Positions 12,520 through 24,759 of a stretch of DNA of 64,000 nucleotides are shown one piece after another; positions within the stretch are counted from its first letter, which is position 1; each line of letters opens with the position of its first letter. A model generated the notes under the pieces. The model saw nothing but the letters and a program-made list of their open reading frames with translations, did not search any database and was not told the DNA's origin. Made by a program: the position numbers and the translations under genes. Source of the stretch: Mobula hypostoma (taxonomy: Eukaryota); the NCBI RefSeq assembly GCF_963921235.1, contig NC_086108.1:99574001-99638000 (forward strand). Reading direction: 5' to 3'.

Positions 12520-13880
12520 TTTTTTTTAATACCTTATTTTCAAAATTTTCAAAAAAAAAAGCAATGAAAATCAACAAAAACATACCAGCTCAGACATGTT
12601 TAAAAATGAAATAATCAAAAAAAAGGGACATAACATTAGAGAGTTGCCTATTGTACAAAGTGCTCAAAAATACTAAACATTATATCTCAAATGAGGGCCG
12701 TGAGAAATCAGCTGGGGGGAATTTGTTCATCTGCCCCCGGCCTTGTCCAGGTAGGCAAGAAATGGATCCCAGATAGCCGAAAATTTTTTAATTGAATTGG
12801 TTCTCAAGAACCTAAGTTTCTCCATCTGTATGACTGAGATCATACCAGCCATCCATCTCTGAAAGGAAGGGGGAGAGGGTGATTTCCATTCCCTCAAGAT
12901 AAGTCTTTTGGCAACAGTCATCCCCAGCATCAGAGACTGTTGTATGGCTGCAGGGAAACAAATAATAGATTGCGAGCAGCCAAATACAGCGAGACCAGCT
13001 TCCAAGGGGAAGGATCTTTTATAGGCCTTTGAGTACCAGTCGAATATTTTGGACCAAAATCTAGTCAGTAATGGGCAAAACCAAAAGGTGTGTGACAACG
13101 TGGCTTCAGCCCCTTGGCATCTATCACACATTGGCGAGACAGAAGGGTAAATCCTGTGCAGTCTAAGTTTAGAGTAGTGGAGACGGTGAACAACTTTAAA
13201 CTGGATCAGTTGGTGTCTGCTGTTAACAGAGCAAGCCTGTATCATAGACAAACACTTGTCCCAGGCAGCTTCAGATAATTCAATGTCCAACTCCTCTCTC
13301 CAGGCGTATCTAATCTTCACAGTCGATGCTACAGTGCAATTATCAAACAAACATACAAACTTAGATATGAGATGCCTGGAGTTAGGAGGGTTCTTTAAAA
13401 TATCAAAAAATATGTTTCCCTGGAAGGATTTCAAAATTACAAATCTTAGGTTGAATGTAGTGTCTAATTTGTCAGTAATGAAAAAAGTGCGAATGAGACA
13501 GCTCAAATTTCTCTTTCAGCAGACTAAATGTTGCAAACCATCCCTCTATGTGCAGGTCTTCAATAGAAACTAGACCCTTCTCCCTACAAGCATGGTAGGT
13601 TTTATCTGACCATGAGGGTAGAAATGAGTGATTGAAACAGATTGGTGTGTGTACAGAGGTCTCTGGTAAATTCAGAACGCTCCTAATCTGATTTAGAATT
13701 CTGACGGAATTTTTCAAAACAAAACTCAAACTTTTTGAAGTCCCAGGCTTCTCTAACTTAGAGAACAGCATGGCTGGCAAGGAGGAATTGACAACAGAGT
13801 TTGACTCCATACATAGCCACAAGGGAGCTTGATATGGGAACACCAAAGCCTGTGAGCGGAAAATCATTACCCAGTGCATT
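12520..13880 (-). mobile_element. L1-clade LINE, 3' 1.35 kb: ORF2 C-terminus with CCHC zinc finger, 3' UTR and poly(A)
   Basis: ORF 12727-13506: LIQFKVVHRLH...CDRC...TLSHTFWFC..LTRFW; upstream frame 13472-13879; poly(T) at ~12520. Confidence 0.9.
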
Positions 13881-14494
13881 GAGCTAGATTAAGGTAAAAG
13901 TTACTTGAAAAGTGCAGTGCAGGTAAAGTTATGAGGAAATAGATTGTAAGGATGGGAATCCATCTTAAAGGACTAGAATCTCATTCAAGAGTCTGAAAAC
14001 AGTGGGATGGATGCTATCCTTCAGCCATAGACCATAATATATAGGAATAGAATTAGGCCATTCAGCCCATTGTGTCTGCTCTGCCATTCCATCATGGCTG
14101 ATTTACTATCCCTCTCAATCCAATTTTTCTGCCTTCTCCCCGGAACCTTTGACATCCTTTCTAATCAAGAAACTATCAACATCTGCTTTAAATATACCCA
14201 ATGAATTAAATATACCCTCCCCCCCCATTCTTCTAAATTCCAGTGAGTAAAGGCCAAGAGCCATCAAATGTTCCTCGTATGATGAGCTTTTTATTCCTAT
14301 TTGTGTCCCATCATGCTGGTTGGACCAGCAGATCTAGTTTTCAATACCACTGTTTCCATGTATCCTACTGAAGTTATAAAGCACACTCTTTAAATATGCC
14401 TAGAATTGTTATTGAACAATATTTTAATAACAAAACACCATTGAATCTCAAAGCATCACCCATGTCCAGAATAATTTGATATCTGATATGTATA

Positions 14495-14790
14495 TTAGGG
14501 GAGCACAGTAGCGTAGTGGTTAGCACAATGCCTTCCAATGTAGACGACCAGATTCAATTCCTGCCGCTGTCTGTACAGAGTTTGTACATTCTCCCCATGG
14601 CAATGTGGGTTTCCTCCAGGTGCTCTGGTTCCCTCCCAAAGTCCAAAGGCGTACCAGTTGGTAGGTTAATTGGTTATTGCAAATTGTCCCATGATTAGGC
14701 TAAGGGTTAAATCGGTGGACTGCTGACTAGCGTGGTTTGAAGGGCTGGAAGGGCCTTTTCCGATCTGTATCTCAATAAATAATAAACAAA
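14495..14790 (+). mobile_element. V-domain SINE (HE1-like) with CR1-type tail
   Basis: tRNA head gcacagtagcgtagtggttagc; V block gagtttgtacattctcccc...gtgggtttcctccagg; tail gggctggaagggcc...tgtatctcaataaataataaa. Confidence 0.85.
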
Positions 14791-15597
14791 GTATAAAACC
14801 CCTGTGCGTTTATTCATGTGCAACCATCTGGCTTCCATTTTTTTGTCTCCTGGGGCCTTCATTGCATACCAATAAATTATCTATGTCACATTGTGTCTCT
14901 TTATTCTTTGTGATATTATTTACTATCCATAAAAGTGCAGACTGATTATTCACAGTGTGGATATTAAGAAAATCAACAGTGTGACATATGATAACAGAAG
15001 TGCTATCACTGCATCTCAGCTGGCTACACTTCAAAAGTACTTCACTGACTGCAAAGCACCAACAGGGCCTTCTGAGGTTGTGAAAGGCTTAACCTCAGGA
15101 CAATCACAGCTGAACTAATCGGGTCTTTCATTACCAAGTGTGTCTGCATAACAAGACCCTTCATCATGAGGGTAAAATTTATCATTAAGGGCTGTCATAT
15201 TAGATCTTGGTGCTTCTGTGATCCAGAGGTTCAGAGGCATAAAACTTGTTGCTTATGGCTGTTTTTAGAAGTATTACAAGAGCAAAGGTGAACACAGAAA
15301 GAAGAGGACAAATAATCTGGTTGTCTGATACAAAAACTAACTCTGCCTAAAATGCTAACAACATTCCAGTGATTACAATTAAGCTGTAAAACAGCCACAT
15401 TCAGGTGCCATGACTCCTGCTTACAGGAAATCTAAGAAGCTTCTAGAAAAATACAGAAGCAGCTATACTGTGATTATTGGAAAATTCTCTGGACAAGAAT
15501 ATAGATGATTATATAAAAATACAAAAAAAGTAGAAAGTTAAACTGCAAGAAAAATATAAGAAAAATAATAATTCTACCACCTAATCCAACACTGAGC

Positions 15598-15985
15598 GGT
15601 TGGGTGGAAGTACGTCTCTACCAAAGGCAGTGTAAAGTGCTCCTTCCCTTCATTAGCCTGCAGGTCCCCCTTGAGCAAGGCCTAGCACCTGCTTAGCCCC
15701 CCTTCCCCGATCTGGACCATGAGAAGCCATGAGAAAAGGTTGGTGGGTGGTCGTATGAGCAGCTGGTGCACATCACAAGTCCTGGTTATGGCACCACTGA
15801 TGCCAGGCAGACCGTCTCTGAAGAGTACTGATAATAGCTGTGGATCACTCAGAAGGCGGCAATGCCAAACCACTTCTATAGAAAAATTTTCCAAGAACAA
15901 TCATGGTCATGGATAGAGAAAAGAATAAGAACAACAGAGTGACAGATTAAAGACAGATGGAGGACCATGATCACCCATGATGATG
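15598..15985 (+). mobile_element. Short non-autonomous element with an RTE/Bov-A-like motif; second copy at 24760-25150
   Basis: Shared tctctgaagagtactgataat and ggcaatg.caaac.acttct.tagaaaaattt.ccaagaacaatcatggtcatgg. Confidence 0.65.
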
Positions 15986-17214
15986 AATTCAACTCTCACC
16001 ACCTAGGACATGTCCTCCTCCCATTACAACCATCAGGGAGGGGGTACAGGAACCTGAGGATCCACATTCAATGTTTTAGGAACAGCCTCTTTCCTTCACC
16101 ATCAGATTACTGAATGGTCCATGAACACAACCTCTCTATTCCTCTTTTGCGCTATTTATTATTTTCTATTGTTGCTTATAGTTTTTGTCTTGCACTGCAC
16201 TGTTGCCACAAAACAGCAAATATCATGGCATATGTCAGTGATCATAAACCCGCTTCTAATTCTTGTTTTGATTCAAAGTACATGGGGTTCCCGTTCTTGC
16301 TCCTTCTCACATTTTACAAAACAGTTCTGCTGCCTGTGTCCAGTGAAGCTGGTGCCAATTCTCCATTTGCTCAAACATTGCAATCAGCTAACTTGTGCAA
16401 CTGAGCCTCCAAAAGCAATGCAATTATATAGGCAGGGGAGAGAAGGGAAATGCCGGACTAGTGTCCAGAGTTTTGGGCTATGATCTGGAAGCGTGGACTT
16501 TGAATCCCACAGTGACAGCTGGGGAATTTAAATCCAAGTAATTAAATAAACCTGGAATAAGTGTAATGGAAAACATGAAAACCCATCTGGCTCATTAAAG
16601 TCCTTGGCCAGGCCTGCAGAGAAAATTTGCTATCCTTACATGACCTGTGACCCCAGTCTCAGCCGTATGGTTCAACTCCCAACCATCTCCTGATTAAGGC
16701 CTGTTAATGAGCAATGGAAGCTTGGCCAATGATGGTTGTGTTCTGCAAATTAACATGCTTTTCAAAGATGTGAACTATTTGCTTGACTTTCTTTTAGAAA
16801 GTTCATTTATATAGACATTAAGCATTTCAGAGAGCAGAGACCAGTCTGGACTGATTGACTGGCTGAACTCCAATCTGTAGTGAACCACCAAGAAACCGAA
16901 AGGTTAACTCTGCATTATTAGCATTAATTTGCAATCCAAATTTGGAGTTAGTTGTGAAGTTGATTTTGAAGAGAAATAGATTGTCTTTCATGGACTTTCT
17001 CGTGATTTGAATATGTCAGAAGTAATTCTGGCCTTCTGAAGCAACTACAGTACGGACGCTATGACCTAGAAATTTAATCATAAAGTGTTTGTTTCTTAAG
17101 TGCTTCCTGATTGATTTCAAATGTAAAATTGATAACAAAATGTGAATGTGACCATATAGTGTGGACATTGCTTAATGCAACTTTTGTGTCCTCCTATGTT
17201 TGACATGCATGGAG

Positions 17215-18430
17215 TTTGAAATTCAAAGCTCAAAGTTCAAAGTAAGTTTAATATTAATGTATATATGTATGTCACAATATACAATCCTAAGATTCACTTT
17301 CTTGCAGGTATTCACAGTAAATAAAAGAAACACAATAAAATCAATGAAAGATCGCACCCAACAAGGACAGACTACCAATGTGCAAAAGACAACAAACTCG
17401 ACATATACAGAAAGAAAGAAAAAAGAAAATAATAATAAGCAATAAATATTGAGAACATGAGATGAAGAGTCCTGGAAAGTGGCTGTGGGAAAATTTCAAT
17501 GATGGGGTGGGTGAAGCTGAGAGAGGTCATCTCCTCTAGTTCAAGGGCCTGATGATTGATGAGTAATAACTGTTCTTGAATCTGGTGGTGTGAGTCCTGA
17601 GGCTGCTGTACCTTTTTCCCCTTGGCAGCAGTGAGAAGAGAGCATGGCCTGGATGTTGGGGATCTCTGATGATGGCTATGACAGCACTCCATGTGGTTGT
17701 GCTCAAAGATGGGGAGGGCTTTACCCATGATGGACTGAGCTGCAGTGTGGCTGGAAGGGCCCAAAGTGCTTATTCAGTGCTGCATCAATAACTAAATCAA
17801 AATGAAATTAAAACCTGCTTAAAGCAGGTTGGTACCTCAAAGTGATGAAGTGAGAGCTTAAAGGTATTGGTGAACACTCCAGCCAGTTGATCAGCATAGG
17901 TCTTTAGTACTCAGCCCACTACCCCATTTGGATCCGTGGATTTACCCTCCGAAGGATGCTCTCACATCGGCCTCAGAGATTGGAATCACAGGGCCATCAG
18001 GGACTGTGGGATTCTGTGAAGGTACCTCCATTTTTTGACAGTCAAAACAAACATAAAGGCATTGAGCTCATCAGGGAGTGAAACCTTGTTGTCACCTATG
18101 TCGCTTGGTTTCTCTTTGTGGGATGTGATAATATTCAAGCCTTGCCAAAGCTGATCAGCATCCTTCAGCGATTAAAGTTTGGTCTGGAATTGCTACTTCG
18201 TGTGTGAGATGCTTTCTGGGGGTCGTACCTGAACCTCATACTGTACTTGGACATCATTCCTGAATGTCACTGACCTGGCCTTCAGCAGATTATGGCTCTC
18301 ATAGATAATTCAGGGCTTCTGGTTGGGGAAAACTCTGAAAAATTTAGTGTGGATATATACTTATCTGCTGTTCTTTTTATAAAGACGATAACAACTGTGG
18401 TTATTTGTTCAAATCCTTTGGTGAGTCCTT
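17215..18430 (-). mobile_element. Rex1/Babar fragments (3' end ~17215-17745; upstream ORF piece ~17810-18430)
   Basis: (TTTGAA)n-type tail, decayed HALFSLL...RFKNS block, and RVFPNQKP on the minus strand at ~18312-18338. Confidence 0.7.
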
Positions 18431-19849
18431 GAGGAGTCTGGGGTGTCAAGCCAAATAGTCTAGGTCAAAGGAGGTTAACTCCAGGTGAGATACAGAGATT
18501 GCAAATGCTGGAATCTAAAGTGTCAACAATCTGGTGGAGGAACTTATCAGGTCATCTGTGGGAGGAATATGGTTGTCAATATTTCACATTGAAATATTTG
18601 CAAATCTTTTCCCTCTACAGATGCTGATTGATCTGCTGAGCTTTTCCAGCAAATTGTTTTTAACTGTAGTAGAAGTAGTCGAACTTCAGCAGAAGTGGTC
18701 TAAATTCAGTGAAATGAGGCTATCTGCAGCAGAGAAGTCTCACTCTGGCACAGATTGTGGATACCTCCAGCCTAGGAAGTCTAACACCAGCAGAGAGGAG
18801 GGTAACTCTGGCACAGAACTCCAGCACAGGTTCTCTAACTCCAACAGAGAGGGGGTATCTCCAGCAGAGGAAGTCTTCTGCCAGCACAGAGAGAACATCA
18901 CCAGCAGGGAGGGTAAACCCAGTAGAATGAAGAGAAATCCAGCAAAGGGGGTTAAATTCTAAAAGGGTTTGTCCAGCTGCAGCAGAAAAAATCTGAATCC
19001 AGCAGAGAGAGGCTAAGATCACCAGAGAAGGTGGAAATGGCTTTCAGATGTTAAGGTGAAGTAATGTGCAGGTGATCTAACATCATACATAAAGTCTGAT
19101 TCCAGCCTAAAGAGTTAACTCCAAATAGGGCATTATCCCAGCAAACAGGGTAACACCATTGTAGAGATTATAATGTTTGTTCACAAACTCTAGTTACAAC
19201 ATGGATGAGTAACGATAAGATGAACAATGGAACTCTAGTGGAGTGCAAATCTGAGAGAGAATGCAAGTCGTGCAGAGCCACTGTTGCCAGCACAAGGACA
19301 CCAGACCCAGGGTGCCCACTGCATGAAGGATACAGAGGCTGCCAACGTTCACCAGCTTGCTGCCCAGACTAGAAGGTGCATTTGCACAGATTATCTTCAT
19401 TTGCACATTGGTTATTTGTCTCTCTTCATTTATGAATAGTTTTTCATAGCTTCTAATCTATTTCTTTTCCTGTGTGCCTGCAAGAAAATTCATCTCCAGA
19501 TAGTACATGGTAACATACGTGCAATTTGATAATAATTTACTTTGAATTTTGCACTTTGATGTTGGACAAACTTGGACCAATTTCTCTGAAAGGGCAGATC
19601 TTACAGAGGCTTATAAAATTATGAGGGGCATAAATGCTTTATTTTGTCAGGGTGGAAATATTAAATGTTAGAAGACATCACTTTAAAGTAAGAGGAGAAA
19701 GTTGAAAGGAAATGTGCAGAATAAGATTTTTTTTTAAAAACAGAGAGAAGTAATTACCTGGAGCTCATCTCCCGGGGTGGTGGTGGTGCAAGCAGATAGT
19801 TTAAGAGACATTTAGATAGATACACAAGGGATTCGGCAGATGGTGGAAA

Positions 19850-20175
19850 TCTTGAGCAACACACACAAAGTTCTGGACGAGCTATGTAGCATCTATGGAG
19901 GGAAATGAACAGTCGACATTTTGGCCTGAGATTACCTCTCGAGATCTCTCATCTACTGCCTCTAACTTCATAGTTCTTGTAACCCATACTGCTTGTTTGT
20001 ACCTTCTACCCAAAAACCACAAACCTAACTGTCCCAGTAGGTGCATCGCTTCTGCCTGCTCCTGCCCCACTGAATTCGTGCCCACAAACCTCGGTTCCAC
20101 TTTGTCCCCCTCGGGTTGCTCCCACTCTAGTGACACTTCACATGCTCTCCATCACGTCAACAACTTTCAGTTCAA
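19850..20175 (+). mobile_element. Penelope RT N-terminal fragment preceded by an inverted pLTR
   Basis: DLSSTASNFIV...LYLLPKNHKPNCPSRCIASACSCPTE...DTSHALHH resembles the PLE motif FYLLPKIHK...RPIVS; 19850-19930 is a reverse pLTR. Confidence 0.8.
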
Positions 20176-20324
20176 AGGTTCAATTTAATACCTCAGAATG
20201 AATCCGTGAAAAACCTGGCATGTTGCTTTACTGATGTATTCATTTATTTACTTTCAGCTATCAGAATTATTGCCATTTTCTATCTGCTCCTTCCCAACCT
20301 CCCCACAACTAAAACCCAGTTTCC

Positions 20325-20575
20325 TTTCTCAATTTCCCAGTTTACCGAGGGGGACTCAGCCCTGAAATATTAAACGTGTCTCATTTCTTAGACCCAGGCT
20401 GACCTGCTGAGTATTTCCAGCACTTTGTTTTTGTGGGAAAATACCTGCTGAGGAAGTGTCTTGGCCTGAAACATTGATTGTTTATTCCTCACCGTAGAGA
20501 CTGTCTGACCTCTGAGTTCCTCCAGCATTCTGGAAGTGTTACTTTGGATTTTCAGCATCTGCAGAATCTCTGGTG
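20325..20575 (+). mobile_element. Two tandem decayed Penelope pLTRs
   Basis: ctgaggaagtgtcttggcctgaaacattgattg...tgagttcctccagcatt...cagcatctgcagaatctc, preceded by an older copy. Confidence 0.65.
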
Positions 20576-21941
20576 TTAATACCAGCAGGGAAGTCACACA
20601 CCAGCAGGTGTTGTCAAAAACCTGCAGGGGGGCGGTCTGCTTCCAGTAAGGGTTGTGAAAGACCAGCAGAGTGCGTAACTCTAGTCAGGGTAGGGAGGTG
20701 GAAGACCAGCAGAGAATCTGAATAGTTCCAACAGGGGGAGTTGCACACCAGTAGAAAGTATTGAATTCCAGCAGGGAAGGCACATCAACGGACAGGGCAA
20801 CTCTGAAAGACCGCAAGTCTATTCCAAGGTTTCTTAGTACATGGAGGGACTGTAGACCTCAAATCTAATGGTGTAACTCAGTGGTATATCAGAGCTAACT
20901 CAAGATATACTGTGACTTAAGTTGAAGTTTAACTTGAGGATGTGGACTCTATACTAAATCTGGTTGAACACAATGTCAGCAACTGCTGAATGAAGAATTT
21001 TTCATCGGCCGGCAATTAGATATAGAGCTCTCTCCTGGGCAGATCTGGAGTTTGGCTGAATCACAATAGCAAATATACTTCAAGAATAATTCATTATCTG
21101 TGAAGTGCTTTGGGACTTTCTTCTGTGTGTGTAAGAGACACTCATGAGTACATATAAGATGAGGTCATCCAGCAAGCCAATGCTCCCCGGCCAAGCAGCA
21201 GGTGGGGCTTTCTCCTCACTCAAAAATGGTGACATTGATTTATTAAACAAAATCAATTTGGGAAAGGGTCAGTGCAGATGTTCCTGGCCTTTGGTGGGTC
21301 AGTCACCAGTCAACTGAAGTTTCAGTTTTGAAGCCTTTGGGTTCTTACTGCCTTTCCACAAGTTGTAGAGTGGTAAAATTTTGCTCATTTCCATGCAACT
21401 TTCAAAGCCTTCTGTGAGTCTACTCTTTCCCACAAGACACAGGCATCGAATTAGGCCATTTGGCTCATCAAGTTTGATCTGTCATTTCATCCTGGCTGAT
21501 TTATTACTCCGCATTCAAAGTACCAGTGGCTAATCTGTTCTGTATCATACAATATTTAATTTATGAACACTAGTTTGTTCCATCTGTAGATTTCATCCTT
21601 ACTTTCATAACACAAAATTACTTATGTGTGTTACGACAGTGCTTTACACCCTGGTCCAGAAAATCGTTGTCCCATTTGATGATATACATGTATATAGTTA
21701 AATGACGATAGAATTGATTCTCAATGCCATTCTCCTGCCTTCTCTCCATAACCTTTGACGCTCTTACTAATCAAGAATCTATCAACCTCCAGTTTAAAGA
21801 TACCCAATGATTCAGCCTTCACAACTGTCTGCAACCTAAATCCTGTCCACGCTGTCTTCACTGATATTGCCAGTGGTTCTGCTTCTCATCACTCAATGTG
21901 GTTCTGAACCCCTCATCTCCTATCCTTCCCTTTTCCCAATA

Positions 21942-22240
21942 GGCATCCATTAATCTCGTGAGACCATGGATTTGCGCCTTGGAAGGTTTCCAGGGCGCAG
22001 GCCTGAGCAAGGTTGTATGGAAGACCGGCAGTTGCCCATGCTGCAAGTCTCCCCTCTCCACGTCACCGATGTTATCCAAGGGAAGGGCACTAGTACCAAT
22101 ACAGCTTGGCAGCGGTGTCATCGCAGAGCAATGTGTGGTTAAGTGCCTTGCTCAAGGACACAACACGCTGCCTCAGCTGGGGCTCGAACTCACGACCTTC
22201 AGATCTCTAGACCGATGCCTTAACCACTTGGCCATGTGCC
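21942..22240 (-). mobile_element. tRNA-derived SINE with a CORE-like domain and an RTE-derived 3' tail
   Basis: Head ggcacatggccaagtggttaaggc...gagttcgagcccc; CORE-like gtgtccttgagcaaggcacttaacc; tail matches 35770-35815. Confidence 0.85.
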
Positions 22241-22459
22241 AACACGTATTTTCCTTCAAAGCCCCACCCTTTGTTCAAGCTAATGTTCACCTTCCTTATT
22301 TTCTTCTTTGTGATGTTTTTTGATAAGTGGTCCAATGAAGAATGTTAAGGCGATTCGTGATACTTAACTCACGGTATGAATGTTAGAGTCATAGAGTTAT
22401 ACAGCACAGAAACAGATCATCCATGCTGACCAAGTTGACTACCTGAGCAGGTCCCATTA

Positions 22460-22775
22460 ATGAGGCGACACGATAACGTAGCGCTTACCGTAATGCCATT
22501 ACAGCGCTAGCTGGAAGATTGTGGTTCAATTTCACTGCATCCTTAAGGAGTTTATGCATTTTCCCCTTGATGGTGCGGGTTTCTTCTGGGAGCTCTAGTT
22601 TCCTCCTTCATTACAAATCTGTACGGTTATGCTTAGTAAGTTGTGGACATACTATGTTCTAGCATCACTGTGGACTGCCCAGCACATCCTGGCTGGTTTG
22701 ATTTGGCATAGATGATACATTGTGCTGTATGTTTTGATGAATGCATGACAAAGAAAGCTAATCTTAAAATTAAGA
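22460..22775 (+). mobile_element. V-domain SINE with a Rex-like tail
   Basis: taaggagtttatgcattttcccc...gcgggtttcttc; tail tgtatgttttgatg...gacaaagaaagctaatct. Confidence 0.65.
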
Positions 22776-22974
22776 TCTCTTTAATCTTACCTGCATTTGA
22801 CCCACATCCTTCTGAACATTTGTAATTCTTGTACTGACAAAATGCGTCTCTAACTTTGTAATTGTACTCATCTCTATCACATCCTCTGGCACCTTGTTCC
22901 ACACATTCACAACCCCCTATGTGATGTTGTCCCTCAACTCCATTTTCAGTTTTGCCCCTTTCAACTTAAACCCA

Positions 22975-24470
22975 CAGTGCCTATAAAAAGTATTTACCCC
23001 CAAGTTTTCAACATTGAAACACGGTGGATTTAATTTGGCTTTTTTCACGCTGAACAACAGAAAATGACTCTTTCAAGTCAAAGTAAAAACAGATCCCTAC
23101 AAACTGATCTAAATGAATTACAAATATAAAACAAAATAATTGATTGCATAAGTATTCCCCCACCCTTCAAATCAGTATTTAGTAGATGTACCTTTGGCAG
23201 CAATTACAGCCTTGAATCTGTGTGCTGGTCCAGATGGTCTCTACCAGCTTTGCACATCTGGACACTGCAATTTTTCTCCGTTCTTCTTTACAAAGCTGCT
23301 CAAGCTCTATCGGATTGAATGGAGATCATGAGTGAACAGGCCTTTTCATGTCCAGCAACAAATTCTCAATTGGATTGAGGTCTGGATTCTGACCTGGCCA
23401 CTCCAGGGCATTAACTTCACTGTTTTTAAGCCATTCTTATGTAGCTTTGCCTTTATGCTTGGGGTCATTGTCTTGCTGGAAAATAAATCTTCTTCGAAGT
23501 TGTAGTTCTCTTGCAGACTGCATCAGGTTTTCCTCCAGGATTTCCCTGTATTTTGCTGCATTAATTTTATCCTCCAGCTTCACAAGCCTTCCAAGGCCAG
23601 CTGTAGGGATGGTGCGTTTTTGATGATGTGCTGTGTTTGGTTTATGCCTACATAGCATTTAGTCTGATGGCCATAAATTTCCATTTTGGTTTCATCAGAT
23701 CACAAAGCCTTCTTCCCGCCAACTTCAGAGTCTCCCATGTGCCTCTGGCAATCTCTAACTGAGATTTCATGTGAAGTACCTGGGCAACAGTTGTTGTATG
23801 CACAGTCTCTACCAACTCAGCCACTGAAGCTTGTAAGTCCTCCTGAGATGTCATAAGTCTCTTGGTGGCCTCCCTCACTTGTCCCCTTCTTGCACAGTCA
23901 CTCAATTTTTGAGGACAGCCTGCTCTAAGCAGAATTACAATTGTACCATATTCTTTCCATTTCTTGATGATTAATAACAGTACTCCAAGGGATATTCAGT
24001 GACTTGAAAATTTTCTTGTATTCATCTCCTGACTTGTGCTTTTCAATAACCTTTATATAGTATGTTCTTCTACCTTCACTGTGTAGTTTTTGCCAGGATA
24101 TTGACTCTCCAGCAGTTGGACCTTCTAGATACAGATGTATTTTTACCACAATCAATTGAAACACCACAACTTCATACAGGTGATCTCCATTTAACTAACT
24201 ATGTGACCTCTAAAACCAATTGGATGCACCAGTGATGATTTGATGTGTCTTATTAAAGGAGGTGAATACTTAAGCAATCAATTATTTTCTGTTTATTATT
24301 TGTAATTAATTTAAATCACTTTGTAGAGATCTGTTTTCAATTTGACATGAAGAGTCTTTTTCTATTGATCAGTGTCAAAAAAGCAAAATTAAATCCAATG
24401 TGATTCAATATCGTAAAACAATAAAATATGAAAACTTCAGGGGGGTGGTGAATACTTTTTATAGGCACTG
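22975..24470 (-). mobile_element. Tc1/mariner transposon of the same family as 5706-7290, inserted in a CR1 fragment
   Basis: TIRs cagtgcctataaaaagtatt / aatactttttataggcactg; minus-strand KVIEKHKSGDEYKKIFKSLNIPWSTV and FIFQQDNDPKH. Confidence 0.92.
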
Positions 24471-24759
24471 TGCATCCTCCAGTTTTAGACTTGCTTACCA
24501 TGGGAAAAAGGCTGTGACCATTCATTTTCTTTATGTCTCTCATGATTTTTATATAACTCTATAAGGTCACTCTTAGCCTAACATAATCCAGGGAAAAAGT
24601 CCTAGCCTATCAAGCTTTTTATAACAAAAGGCTTCCCAGTCCCAGTAACATCCTTAAGTCTTTCCTGCAGCCTCAGACATTCTTATAGATAGATGATCGG
24701 ACCATCACATAATCAACTGGAACTGCCTACAATGTTGTACTACACTTGAGTATGGAGAT

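Larger units (their letters stand above)
18661..20820 (+). repeat. Degenerate ~20-bp minisatellite, consensus about TAACTCCAGCAGAGRRG..., in two blocks (18661-~19150 and 20575-20820)
   Basis: CCA(G/A)CA starts at 18821, 18841, 18861, 18881 and 18901; related cores at 20582, 20601, 20621, 20643, 20663, 20706, 20728, 20748 and 20768. Confidence 0.75.

Noticed and set aside
18661..20820. CRISPR-like or coding interpretation of the array (ORF 18534-18962)
   Set aside because: Units are ~20 bp and degenerate, there are no cas genes, the context is vertebrate, and the period is not a multiple of 3. The ORF also starts inside a pLTR.
22170..22240. Possible tRNA gene
   Set aside because: It is the head of a SINE, continuing into a CORE-like body and an RTE tail.
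22973..24472. Non-TA flanks (CA/TG) of the Tc1 copy as a novel target preference
   Set aside because: The sister copy has TA on its left, and ordinary post-insertion substitutions explain the flanks.
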